Below, one piece after another: positions 9,087 to 17,343 of a stretch of DNA of 35,253 bases; position 1 is the stretch's first letter; each line of letters opens with the position of its first letter. This DNA is from an uncultured Verrucomicrobiota bacterium. GTDB lineage: Bacteria > Verrucomicrobiota > Kiritimatiellia > CAIQIC01 > Lenti-01. Below the pieces are notes generated by a model. The model was given only the letters and a program-made list of their open reading frames with translations, was not told where the DNA came from and searched no databases. The stretch is from contig CAZHSS010000001.1 in the NCBI GenBank assembly GCA_964535205.1, positions 1 to 35,253 of the forward strand, written 5' to 3'. The position numbers and the translations under genes were made by a program.

Positions 9087-10418
9087 ATGACCACCCCGCC
9101 CGCCACCCTTCGTTCCCTCTGCGATTCCTTCGACGCCGAACGCGAAGGAAGCGGACTCTTCGATCTCGCCGCCCGCCTGTTCCCCATCTGCCGCAGCCTC
9201 ACCGGCGAAGGCAACCGGCAGACCCTCGCCATCCTGTCGGAGCAGATTCCGCTCCACATCCGCGAAGTGCCCAGCGGCACCCCGGTCCTGGACTGGACCG
9301 TGCCGCCGGAGTGGACCCTCCGCGAAGCCTGGATCCGGGATCCGCAGGGCCGCACGATCGTTGATTTCCGGAACCACAACCTCCATGTGGTCGGCTACAG
9401 CCGGCCTGTCCGCCGGACCCTGACGCTGGACGAGCTCCGGCCGCATCTGCATAGCCTGCCCGATCACCCGGACTGGATCCCCTACCGCACCTCCTACTAC
9501 CGCGACACCTGGGGATTCTGCCTGCCCGACGCGCTGAAGCAATCCCTCGCCCCGGGAAATTATGAAGTCTGCATTGATTCGGATTTGAAGCCCGGCCACT
9601 TGACTTACGGGGAACTGGTTCTGCCCGGAGCGGACTCCGGCGAATTTCTGTTTTCCACCCACATCTGCCATCCGTCACTGGCCAACGACAACGCCTCGGG
9701 CATGGCCGTGGCCGCCCGGCTGGCGGCGCTTCTGGCCGGCGTTCCCCGTCGCCTGACCTGCCGGTTCCTGTTCATTCCGGGCACCATCGGCTCCATCACC
9801 TGGCTGGCCCGCAACCGCGAAACGGCGGACCGGATCCGCCACGGGCTGGTGCTGTCCTGCCTGGGCGACCCGGGATCGCCCACCTACAAGCAGAGCCGCC
9901 GCGGCAACGCCGTCATCGACCGGGCCGCGGCCCATGTCCTCCGCCACAGCGGACGCCCCCACGCCGTTCAGTCCTTTTCACCCTACGGCTACGACGAACG
10001 CCAGTACGGCTCGCCCGGCTTCAACCTCCCGGTCGGCCTGTTCATGCGCTCGCCCCACGGGACGTTCCCCGAATACCACACCTCGGCCGACAACCTCGAT
10101 TTCATCCGGCCCGATTCCCTGGCCGACTCCCTCCTCCGGCTGCTGGAAACCGTCGCGGTGGTGGACGGCAACGCGACCTTCCTCAACCAATGTCCGTACG
10201 GCGAACCCCAGCTCGGCCGCCGCGGCCTGTATGATTTGCTCGGCGGCGCCAACGAACGCCACGACCAGCAGATGGCCATGTTGTGGGTGCTGAACCAGTC
10301 CGACGGCGGGCCGTCGCTGCTGGACATCGCCGACCGCGCCGATCTGCCGTTCTCCCGCATCCGGGAGGCGGCGGACCGGCTGGCCGGCGCCGGACTGCTC
10401 AGGGAAAAGGAGACCTAG
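9087..10418 (+). CDS. COG4310 / DUF4910 aminopeptidase-like-domain protein associated with polysaccharide loci
   Basis: 443 aa. CRSLTGEGNRQTL, LDWTVPPEWT, FSTHICHPSLANDNASGMAV, TSADNLDF, and a C-terminal winged-helix-like tail. The family call is from memory of these motifs. Confidence 0.75.
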   Translation: MTTPPATLRSLCDSFDAEREGSGLFDLAARLFPICRSLTGEGNRQTLAILSEQIPLHIREVPSGTPVLDWTVPPEWTLREAWIRDPQGRTIVDFRNHNLHVVGYSRPVRRTLTLDELRPHLHSLPDHPDWIPYRTSYYRDTWGFCLPDALKQSLAPGNYEVCIDSDLKPGHLTYGELVLPGADSGEFLFSTHICHPSLANDNASGMAVAARLAALLAGVPRRLTCRFLFIPGTIGSITWLARNRETADRIRHGLVLSCLGDPGSPTYKQSRRGNAVIDRAAAHVLRHSGRPHAVQSFSPYGYDERQYGSPGFNLPVGLFMRSPHGTFPEYHTSADNLDFIRPDSLADSLLRLLETVAVVDGNATFLNQCPYGEPQLGRRGLYDLLGGANERHDQQMAMLWVLNQSDGGPSLLDIADRADLPFSRIREAADRLAGAGLLREKET

Positions 10419-11210
10419 ATGAACACATCGCATGCCGGCATTGTGGTTTTGTCCTGCCTGCTCGGCGCCGCTCCGTTCTCGCGTGCCCAATCCGGAACCC
10501 GCTCCGCCCGCGAAGCCCACGACGCCTCCTGGCAGGCGTATGCCGCCTCCCGGGAAAACGGAACCGCCTCCTGGTTCGACGGCCGCCTGGAACTCGGCGC
10601 ACGCATCCATCACTTCACCCTCCGGGACACCCGGCGCACAACTTCCGGCCGGCTCGACAACAACAATGTCCGCATCAACTTCATCGGCAGCGTGTGGGGG
10701 CTCGAGGAAAAACAGGATTACTTCCCCCGATTCTTTCTTCAATACGCCGTGGTCCCCTGGTTCGGAGCCGGCCTCACCTATGACCACGTCGCCGCCCGGA
10801 CCCGGGACTGGGGCGACGTGGAGAAAACCCGCTACGGCACCGACGGGAATGTCCACGTGTGGGGCCCCATGCTCTACCTGTTTGTCCGCTATCCGAATTC
10901 CACCCGCTTCACCCCGAAGGCCGAAGCGGGATGGGTCCGGTATTTCGCCGATTTCGACGTGAACCCCGCCTGGGCCGCCACCGGCCCCGGCTACCGCTTC
11001 GAAGTGGACGACACGGACGGATATTATCTCGCCGTGGCCCTCGATTGCGCCCTCAACAACCACTGGCACGCCCACGCCTACTGGCGCCGGCTGTTTGACG
11101 CGGAAGTGGACGCACGGGCCTATTTTTCCACGGGTTCCCGGGTCGGACGCTACGGCGCATTCCCCATGGACTATGATATGTTCGGCCTGGGCGTGACCTA
11201 TGCATTCTGA
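10419..11210 (+). CDS. Outer-membrane beta-barrel protein (unknown family)
   Basis: ATG directly abuts the upstream TAG, with AAGGAG at 10407-10412. Signal peptide MNTSHAGIVVLSCLLGAAPFSRAQ. Alternating amphipathic strands. Ends in GLGVTYAF, an aromatic C-terminal residue typical of BAM substrates. Confidence 0.7.
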   Translation: MNTSHAGIVVLSCLLGAAPFSRAQSGTRSAREAHDASWQAYAASRENGTASWFDGRLELGARIHHFTLRDTRRTTSGRLDNNNVRINFIGSVWGLEEKQDYFPRFFLQYAVVPWFGAGLTYDHVAARTRDWGDVEKTRYGTDGNVHVWGPMLYLFVRYPNSTRFTPKAEAGWVRYFADFDVNPAWAATGPGYRFEVDDTDGYYLAVALDCALNNHWHAHAYWRRLFDAEVDARAYFSTGSRVGRYGAFPMDYDMFGLGVTYAF

Positions 11211-11240
11211 TTCGGACCGGACGGACAGGAAGACCATCCT

Positions 11241-11870
11241 ATGCGGATACTGAACTGGATCGGCGGCGGATTCGCCGCCCTGCATAAGTTCCGGCGGCTT
11301 TGCCTGCAGCAGTACTGGAGCGGCAAGCTGGCCGAAGCCGGCCCCGGCCTCTCCATCGGCGACGGCTTCCAGGCGCACGGCCCGGACCGCATCCGCGCGG
11401 GCCGCGAAGTCTCCATCGCCAACCACGTCACCCTGCGGGCCATGACCGCCTACCCGTGGACATCCCCGCCCCAAACCTTCTCCCCGGAAATCGTTTTGGA
11501 AGACCGCTGCTTCATCAACAATTTTTCCCAAATCTGTTGCGTCAACCGGGTGGTCATCGGTGCCAACACGATGATCGCCGAGGGCTGCTTCATCGCCGAC
11601 AACAACCACGGCTATGATGATCCCGCCAACAGCATCCGGGAACAGCCGCTCCGGATCTGCGGCGAAGTCCATATCGGCCCGGATTCGTGGATCGGCGCCC
11701 ATAGCGTCATCGTCGGAAACATCCGGATCGGACGCCACTGCGTGGTCGGGGCCCATGCCGTGGTCACGTCCGATCTGCCTGATTTCTCCGTCGCCGCCGG
11801 CGCACCGGCGCGTGTCCTCAAGCAGTATGACCCGGTCCGGAAGCAGTGGCTCCCGCCTGCCACCGCATGA
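11241..11870 (+). CDS. Sugar O-acetyltransferase, left-handed beta-helix (hexapeptide repeat) family
   Basis: 209 aa. Hexapeptide repeats IGANTMIAEGCFIADNNHGY ... VHIGPDSWIGAHSVIVGNIRIGRHCVVGAHAVVTSDLPDFSVAAGAPARV. Confidence 0.88.
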   Translation: MRILNWIGGGFAALHKFRRLCLQQYWSGKLAEAGPGLSIGDGFQAHGPDRIRAGREVSIANHVTLRAMTAYPWTSPPQTFSPEIVLEDRCFINNFSQICCVNRVVIGANTMIAEGCFIADNNHGYDDPANSIREQPLRICGEVHIGPDSWIGAHSVIVGNIRIGRHCVVGAHAVVTSDLPDFSVAAGAPARVLKQYDPVRKQWLPPATA

Positions 11871-13135
11871 ACCGCTCCGCCGCCATGGACTGGATCTCCA
11901 GCCGCGCCGGGCGGCATCCCGCCCTGGCCGTGTTTCTGGTCTCCGCGCTCGTCTTCGGAGTCTTCAATGTCCTGCCCGTCCTGCGCGAAGCGGGCCATAT
12001 TGCCGAACACGGCCAGGTCCACACGCATGTCCGCCTCGCCGCGGAAATGCTGCAGGGACGCGTGGAATTCCATGAGGCGTTTTACAAGGATATCGCGGAT
12101 TTCCATGGACGCTTCTATTCGCCGTTTCCTCCGTTTCCCGCCTTTTTCCTGATGCCGCTGGTCGCGTTGTTCGGCGTGAACCTGCCGACCATGCTCCTGA
12201 CGCCGCTGCTGGGCGCGCTGGCCGGGACCGCGCTGTTCCGTCTGCTCCGGGCCCTTGGCATCCGCACAGACGTGTCGGCATGGGCCACTGCCGGCTTTCT
12301 CTTCGGAACGGCCTTCTGGCTGGTGGTGCGCTTCCCGTTCGATACCTATTTCGCGCATGTCCTGGCCACCGCGCTGGTGTTCCTCGCGCTGGAGGCCGCC
12401 GCCGCGCATCGCTCCGGCGCATGGGTCGGTCTCGCCATGGGAGCGGCCTTCCTCTGCCGCCAGCTGACGGTGCTGGCCCTGCCCTTCGCCTGGCTCCTGA
12501 TGCTCCGCCCCGGCGAACCCCTGCTTTCGCGTCGCTTTCTCAAGGCCGTCCTGGCCTCCGTCCCCGCTCTCGCCCTCGCCCTGGGAATCTATCTCTATTA
12601 CAACTGGATCCGCTTCGGCAACCCGCTCGATTGCGGCTATGCCTACATCCCCGAATACAGCTGGTACCTGACCCGCCTGGACAAATGGGGCGTTCAAAGC
12701 CTGGCCTATGTCCCGTCCAATTTCGTCCGCCTCTTTCTTCAGGGCTTCGTCATCGAGTTCAATGATCCCGACCTGATGATCCCGGACATCAGCCGCGCCG
12801 GCACCTCGCTGACCTTCGCCAGCCCGTTCCTGTTTTTTGCATTCCGGAACCGGTTCCGCGACCGCCCGCTCCTGGACTGGACGGCGTGGGGCGGCATCGG
12901 CCTCTGCGCCCTCGCGGTCATGATGAACAAGAACGCCATGGGCGGTTGGCAAATCAACGGCATGCGCTACGCGCTCGATTTTCTCCCTGTGCTCGCCGTG
13001 CTGGCCGCCCGCGGCATGCAGCGCGACGCCGACACCCCCTGGCGGCGCGCGTGGCAAGGCGCCATCGCGTATTCCATCGGACTCAATCTGCTCGCCACCG
13101 CCCTCTACTATCTCCCCAAACTGCTGGGCGCCTGA
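11867..13135 (+). CDS. Polytopic inner-membrane protein, GT-C-like (ArnT/PMT-type) glycosyltransferase candidate
   Basis: ATG 11867 overlaps the upstream TGA (ATGA). About 422 aa with roughly 10 or more hydrophobic helices and a PFPPFPAFFLMPLVALFG segment. No soluble domain. Confidence 0.55.
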   Translation: MNRSAAMDWISSRAGRHPALAVFLVSALVFGVFNVLPVLREAGHIAEHGQVHTHVRLAAEMLQGRVEFHEAFYKDIADFHGRFYSPFPPFPAFFLMPLVALFGVNLPTMLLTPLLGALAGTALFRLLRALGIRTDVSAWATAGFLFGTAFWLVVRFPFDTYFAHVLATALVFLALEAAAAHRSGAWVGLAMGAAFLCRQLTVLALPFAWLLMLRPGEPLLSRRFLKAVLASVPALALALGIYLYYNWIRFGNPLDCGYAYIPEYSWYLTRLDKWGVQSLAYVPSNFVRLFLQGFVIEFNDPDLMIPDISRAGTSLTFASPFLFFAFRNRFRDRPLLDWTAWGGIGLCALAVMMNKNAMGGWQINGMRYALDFLPVLAVLAARGMQRDADTPWRRAWQGAIAYSIGLNLLATALYYLPKLLGA

Positions 13136-13140
13136 TCTCC

Positions 13141-14208
13141 GTGGCTGGCCGAACGAAACAAAACGGGCCGTGGTTGGGTATGCTTCTCGTCTGTTCCCTG
13201 GTCCTGGCGGGGCCGATCTCCTGCTCGCGGTCCAGACCATCCGGCGCGCCGGACCCGGCCGGGCAGCGCCTCCGCGAATTCGTCGGCGGACCGGCGCGGC
13301 TGGTATGGATTCAGCAGGTGGACGGAGATGGGGACGACCCTTTTTGCAATGACAGCCGCCTGGTCCTGATGGGCCTGGATACGGAAGACGGGCGGGGGCC
13401 GCGCCCCATTGTGAGCACCGTCACCAACTACCACCGGCCCATGCTCACGCCGGACGGCCGGCATGTGGTGTACAGCCGCCAAACCACGCGGGAGGCCTTT
13501 GCCGTGGCCTGGAATGGCGGCCGGCCGCGGCGGCTCGGGGCAGGCTATGCCGCCGCCACCTGGCAGGACCCGGCCACCGGCGCCGTCTGGGTCTACATGG
13601 CCGACAACGGCACGTCGGGGAAGGAACGCAATCACGCCAAGACCCTGCATCGCGTGCGTCTTGACGACCCGTCGGTACGGGAAGTGGTCTGGGATCTCGC
13701 CAAGTTCACCTTCAACAGCCTGCAGTTGTCCGCCGATGGCACGCGGGCCTGCGGCCAGTTCATCCATCCCCGCGCCGGCTTCGCGGAACTGCCCAATCGC
13801 TCCTGGACCTATCTGGGGCGCGGGTGCTGGACGTCCATCGCCCCCGACAACAGCTATCTCGTCTGGATATTCGACAACCCGCACCGCAACCTCATCTTCC
13901 ACGATCCGACCGAAAACACGTCCTGGAGCGTCCCCATCGGGTCCCCCCCCGAAATGAAGGGCTTCGAAGTTTACCACCCGCGCTGGAGCAATCACCGCCG
14001 GTTTTTCACCCTGACCGGCCCCTACGAAATCGGCCGTCCGGGCGCGAATCTGATCGGAGCCGGCGGGCCCGGCGTGGAGGTATGGATCGGAAAATTCGCG
14101 CCTGACCTCAAAACGGTCGAGAACTGGCTGCAGATTACCCATGACCGTCTGGGCGATTTCTATCCCGACCTGTGGGTCGCCCCGCCGGCCCCGGCTCACC
14201 GGAAGTAG
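13141..14208 (+). CDS. Exported (possible lipoprotein) beta-propeller protein, TolB/PD40-like
   Basis: GTG 13141 (alternative ATG 13180) lies 5 nt after the upstream stop. Signal sequence AGRTKQNGPWLGMLLVCSLVLAGPISC. PD40-like LTPDGRHVVYS and repeated strand patterns. The rest of ORF 12886.. is an Arg-rich overlap with the upstream gene. Confidence 0.6.
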   Translation: MAGRTKQNGPWLGMLLVCSLVLAGPISCSRSRPSGAPDPAGQRLREFVGGPARLVWIQQVDGDGDDPFCNDSRLVLMGLDTEDGRGPRPIVSTVTNYHRPMLTPDGRHVVYSRQTTREAFAVAWNGGRPRRLGAGYAAATWQDPATGAVWVYMADNGTSGKERNHAKTLHRVRLDDPSVREVVWDLAKFTFNSLQLSADGTRACGQFIHPRAGFAELPNRSWTYLGRGCWTSIAPDNSYLVWIFDNPHRNLIFHDPTENTSWSVPIGSPPEMKGFEVYHPRWSNHRRFFTLTGPYEIGRPGANLIGAGGPGVEVWIGKFAPDLKTVENWLQITHDRLGDFYPDLWVAPPAPAHRK

Positions 14209-14290
14209 GGCCAACCGAAGAAGGGTTGCGCCCCGTACCCTCACATGGCCGGCGAATCCGCGCGGCGGAATCCGGACAACCGCAACCGGC

Positions 14291-14980
14291 CTACAGCGCG
14301 CCGGCAAAAGCAAAGGCGATGATCTGGGTCCCGGTGGCGTTGGGATGGAATCCGTCGGCCAGCATCAAGCCCTCGCCCGACCCGAATTCCGCGGCGACAT
14401 CCACCAGGGCCACGCCTTCTTCCGACGCCAGCGAGCGGATGTGGCCGTTCATCTCGTCCACCCGCGTCATCAGGACGCTCATGTCGCCGGTCATCGGAGG
14501 AATCGTGGCCAGGATGGGTTTCCCTCCCGCCGCCCGGACCTGACGGACAATGTTCCGCAGGCACTCCTTGGAATTGGCCAGCACGTGATAGGCCAGGGCA
14601 TCGTTCGTTCCCAGCAGAATCAACACAATCCGGGGCTTGCGCGTCAGGATGGAATCCACGCTGTTGGACGCCCGGCAGGTGCTGATGCCCCCCACGCCCC
14701 GGTTCACCACCGTTTCGCCGATGATCCGGGACAGCCGCGAAGGATAGGACTCCGATCCCGGATCCGCCTCCCCGCTCGTAATGCTGTCGCCGTAGGCCAC
14801 GATGGACCGGGTGACCGTTCCGGTCGAACTGTTTGTCTCCTCCTGGACCTCTTCTTCCGCCTCCGGCTCGGGGGCGCGGCTGCTTCCCGAGGAGTCATCG
14901 CAGCCCGACACCGCCAGGGCCCACCCCAGCAGCAGCAGAACCAGCCATGCCCGCGCCATCATCTGTCCGATTGTTTTCAT
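14291..14980 (-). CDS. SGNH/GDSL hydrolase lipoprotein (candidate polysaccharide esterase)
   Basis: Start set at ATG 14980: MKTIGQMMARAWLVLLLLGWALAVSGC (lipobox). SGNH blocks YGDSITSG, LLGTNDA and DGFHPNATG. Confidence 0.85.
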   Translation of the reverse strand: MKTIGQMMARAWLVLLLLGWALAVSGCDDSSGSSRAPEPEAEEEVQEETNSSTGTVTRSIVAYGDSITSGEADPGSESYPSRLSRIIGETVVNRGVGGISTCRASNSVDSILTRKPRIVLILLGTNDALAYHVLANSKECLRNIVRQVRAAGGKPILATIPPMTGDMSVLMTRVDEMNGHIRSLASEEGVALVDVAAEFGSGEGLMLADGFHPNATGTQIIAFAFAGAL

Positions 14981-15301
14981 CTCTGTCTCATTGTGTAGGA
15001 TTCTCCACATTCCGTACGGATATTTTTGTGCAGAATACGCCTGTGGATACGAACACGACAACAACTTTCACCCCCTCGATGATCTGCTCTTTTGCGAACC
15101 GTTGCCCTTCAGGCTATAACTCTCACCGAATATGGTCCGGAAATTGGGGGAACGTCAGTCCCACGACCCGACTCCGGCATTTCCGCAATAGGGCATAATT
15201 GGGCCCTTTCGTAACTGCAATATCAGACCATCCCATTGCTTCCGCGCGGACAAGCTAGCGCACCGGGATTTGGCTTGGACAGGTCACGGTTCTAGCCGGC
15301 A

Positions 15302-15314
15302 GGGGGGGGGGGGG
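15302..15314. repeat. G13 homopolymer tract (C13 on the - strand)
   Basis: Read directly. It is intergenic, 64 nt downstream of the last paralog stop (15378) and about 320 nt upstream of the SGNH hydrolase start (14980) on the - strand. Confidence 0.95.
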
Positions 15315-15377
15315 ATTTGCCTGCGGAAACCTCACACCGAGATAATTGGTCTCATCGAGGCGGGAGATTCCCTTAAT

Positions 15378-15968
15378 CTATTCTTCTGGGTCAATAGGTC
15401 CAACTTCCCAATTGAACGTACCGTTCTCCGTGGCACCGATTCTCCAATCTAGTATCTGGAAGAGCTTAATATGAGGAAATGCATTCGAATATGTCTTATG
15501 CATATATTCAATTTTTTCGGGGGAACGAGCATGATATGGAAGATTTGTTGGATTCGATTCTCTTGAGATATGTATTGGGCTAGCCATTGGGACACGTTCC
15601 TTAATAATTTCTTCAGGAACCCGGTTTGAAACAGCCAGGACATAAGCCTGAGCGGCAGCTTTCGCGGCAAGATAATCCACTTCTGCTACGCGGTAATACT
15701 CGAATAAAAGCCCCATGGCAAGAAGATCATTGGTGTTCTCCGCTAAGCGATTAGTGATGGCGGTTTTAATTCGCGGATAGTTGGTTTCCATCCATGCGGC
15801 ATTCACCTCCTGCACGAATGGGTCCGCATCGTAACCGCTGGAGACGCCATCACCGTCCACTGCAAAGTATACCAGGCTAAGGTCAATTTCTCCATCCTGA
15901 CTGAATCCACAACCGGGGAATATGATTGCATGAATTGAACATATAAGTGCAATGGTTTTAATATTCAT
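15378..15968 (-). CDS. Secreted (possible lipo-)protein, paralog 4 of the tandem ~180-aa family
   Basis: 196 aa. AGGAAGG lies 7 nt upstream of the ATG. Signal MNIKTIALICSIHAIIFPGC. Shares VNAAW.ETNYP.IKTAITNRLAENTNDLLAMGL..EYY...VDYL.AKAAAQAYVLAVSNRVPEE ... PTNLP ... EYMH ... DPEE with the three upstream genes. Confidence 0.8.
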   Translation of the reverse strand: MNIKTIALICSIHAIIFPGCGFSQDGEIDLSLVYFAVDGDGVSSGYDADPFVQEVNAAWMETNYPRIKTAITNRLAENTNDLLAMGLLFEYYRVAEVDYLAAKAAAQAYVLAVSNRVPEEIIKERVPMASPIHISRESNPTNLPYHARSPEKIEYMHKTYSNAFPHIKLFQILDWRIGATENGTFNWEVGPIDPEE

Positions 15969-16036
15969 GGGTTAACCTTCCTGACTTCTCTACCAAGTAT
16001 TCTTTCGTTGAGGGATACAATTGTTGCAGTTTTCAT
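15965..16036 (-). pseudogene. Relic 5' end of a paralog-2-like gene (23-codon ORF MKTATIVSLNERILGREVRKVNP)
   Basis: ATGAAAACTGCAACAATTGTATCC resembles the paralog-2 start ATGAACACAGCAACAACCGTTATC. It sits in the same position relative to the conserved 3' flank of the preceding gene. Its TGA overlaps the paralog-4 ATG (ATGA). Confidence 0.4.
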
Positions 16037-16195
16037 ATGCTCAGGACAGCATAGGCTGTTGGGCTATTCTTCCGGATCAACAAATCCAACACCCCAGATT
16101 AACTTGCCCTCTTCTTGGAGTTTTACGCGGCCTGCCACGATTTGATAAACACCGACATGTGGAAAACCATCTGAATACGTGCTGTGCATATATTC
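16033..16195. repeat. Direct repeat copy A (3' end + 3' flank of paralog 3)
   Basis: Hand alignment with 17181-17343 (offset 1148 nt) gives 6 mismatches in 163 nt. Beyond this block, mismatches become frequent and fall mostly at 3-nt spacing. Confidence 0.85.
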
Positions 16196-16609
16196 TATTT
16201 GAGCAGGGGTTCTCGCCTGTTCAGGTACAGAAGGCAGATTTGTGGGCATAGCCTCGCGAGCATATACTAGTGGAAGTTTCATTAGATCCCTCTGCTCATT
16301 TATCTCCTCCGGAACACGATTAGATACCGCAAGCACATACGCTTGGGCAGCAGCTTTTGCATTAGTGTAATTCACTTCTGCTGAAATATAGTATTCAAAT
16401 TGAATGCCCAGCGCCAGCAGGTCATTTGTACAAATTGCCAATCGGTTGGTAATTGCCTGCTTGATCAATGGGTAATTCGTGGCTACCCAAGCGGTATTGA
16501 CCTCTTCGATAAAGGCGTCTTGCTCACATTCCGCATAAGAGGAGGCTACTGCGGGAACAACAGCCATTAGCGCAAGTATAACGAATTTACTATGCAGCAG
16601 CGATTTCAT
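16064..16609 (-). CDS. Secreted protein, paralog 3 of the tandem family
   Basis: Start set at ATG 16609 (MKSLLHSKFVILALMAVVPAVASSYAEC). 181 aa. The C-terminal 53 aa are identical to paralog 1. Confidence 0.8.
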   Translation of the reverse strand: MKSLLHSKFVILALMAVVPAVASSYAECEQDAFIEEVNTAWVATNYPLIKQAITNRLAICTNDLLALGIQFEYYISAEVNYTNAKAAAQAYVLAVSNRVPEEINEQRDLMKLPLVYAREAMPTNLPSVPEQARTPAQIEYMHSTYSDGFPHVGVYQIVAGRVKLQEEGKLIWGVGFVDPEE

Positions 16610-16650
16610 TCTGCAGCATGTGTAATTCACGCAAATTGACCAGTTGCGAT

Positions 16651-17184
16651 TCAATCCCTGTTCAATGGGTTGAAATAGCCATTTGTGACCAAGCCTTGCT
16701 CTATAGCCTCGATGCGGAACATGAGGCTTTGGTAGAGGATAAGCGAAGGATAATTCTCGGGATACTCATCATGCAGAAATTGCATCTGTTCTGGCGTTTT
16801 GGACTGATCAGCAGGAAAGTTGGTTGGGATTGGCATTTCGACAAGAGAAATTGCCCCTTCCAAAGGGGCCCGTTTATGAATCACTTCCGTTGGCATGCGG
16901 TTGGATGTTGAAAGGATAAAGTCTGATGCGGCGGCACGGGCTTTATAGAAGTCAATCGATATATCATCATAATATTGATACAGTAATCCTTTCGCTAATA
17001 AATCATTTGTACAATCAGCAACACGGTTGGTGAGCACCTGCTCCAACAGGGTGTAATTGCTGGCCACCCAGGCCGAATTAACGGCTTGGATAAACAAGTT
17101 TGTATCACTGCACTCCGCATATCCGGGTGCTGGTACGAATATGCCTATAAAAAGGCATATGATAACGGTTGTTGCTGTGTTCAT
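16651..17184 (-). CDS. Secreted protein, paralog 2 (most divergent member) of the tandem family
   Basis: 177 aa. Signal MNTATTVIICLFIGIFVPAPGYA. Retains EC...VNSAWVASNY...TNRVADCTNDLLAKGL and PTNFP, but has a different C-terminus (…FNPLNRD). Confidence 0.78.
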   Translation of the reverse strand: MNTATTVIICLFIGIFVPAPGYAECSDTNLFIQAVNSAWVASNYTLLEQVLTNRVADCTNDLLAKGLLYQYYDDISIDFYKARAAASDFILSTSNRMPTEVIHKRAPLEGAISLVEMPIPTNFPADQSKTPEQMQFLHDEYPENYPSLILYQSLMFRIEAIEQGLVTNGYFNPLNRD

Positions 17185-17343
17185 ATGCTCAGGACAGCAT
17201 AGGCTGTTGGGCTATTCTTCCGGGTCAACAAAGCCAACGCCCCAGATTAATTTACCCTCTTCTTGGAGTTTTACGCGGCCTGCCACGATTTGATAAACAC
17301 CGACATGTGGAAAGCCATCTGAATACGTGCTGTGCATATATTC
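17181..17343. repeat. Direct repeat copy B (3' end + 3' flank of paralog 1)
   Basis: See copy A. It includes the stop codon, about 27 nt of downstream flank, and the ATG of the next gene. Confidence 0.85.

Noticed and set aside
9978-14313. Long - strand ORFs 9978..11756, 11612..13240 and 13108..14313
   Set aside because: All lie antisense to motif-supported + strand genes (COG4310, OMP, acetyltransferase, membrane protein, propeller). Their composition is typical of GC-rich shadow frames.
15092-15120. Sigma70-like promoter TTGCGA-17 nt-TATAAC on the + strand
   Set aside because: Its only downstream + strand content is antisense to the paralog array, with no credible gene. It is probably fortuitous, though an antisense transcript cannot be excluded.
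15270-15452. 60-aa + strand ORF spanning the G13 tract
   Set aside because: No RBS or motifs. It reads through the homopolymer (GGGG) and overlaps the end of paralog 4 in antisense.
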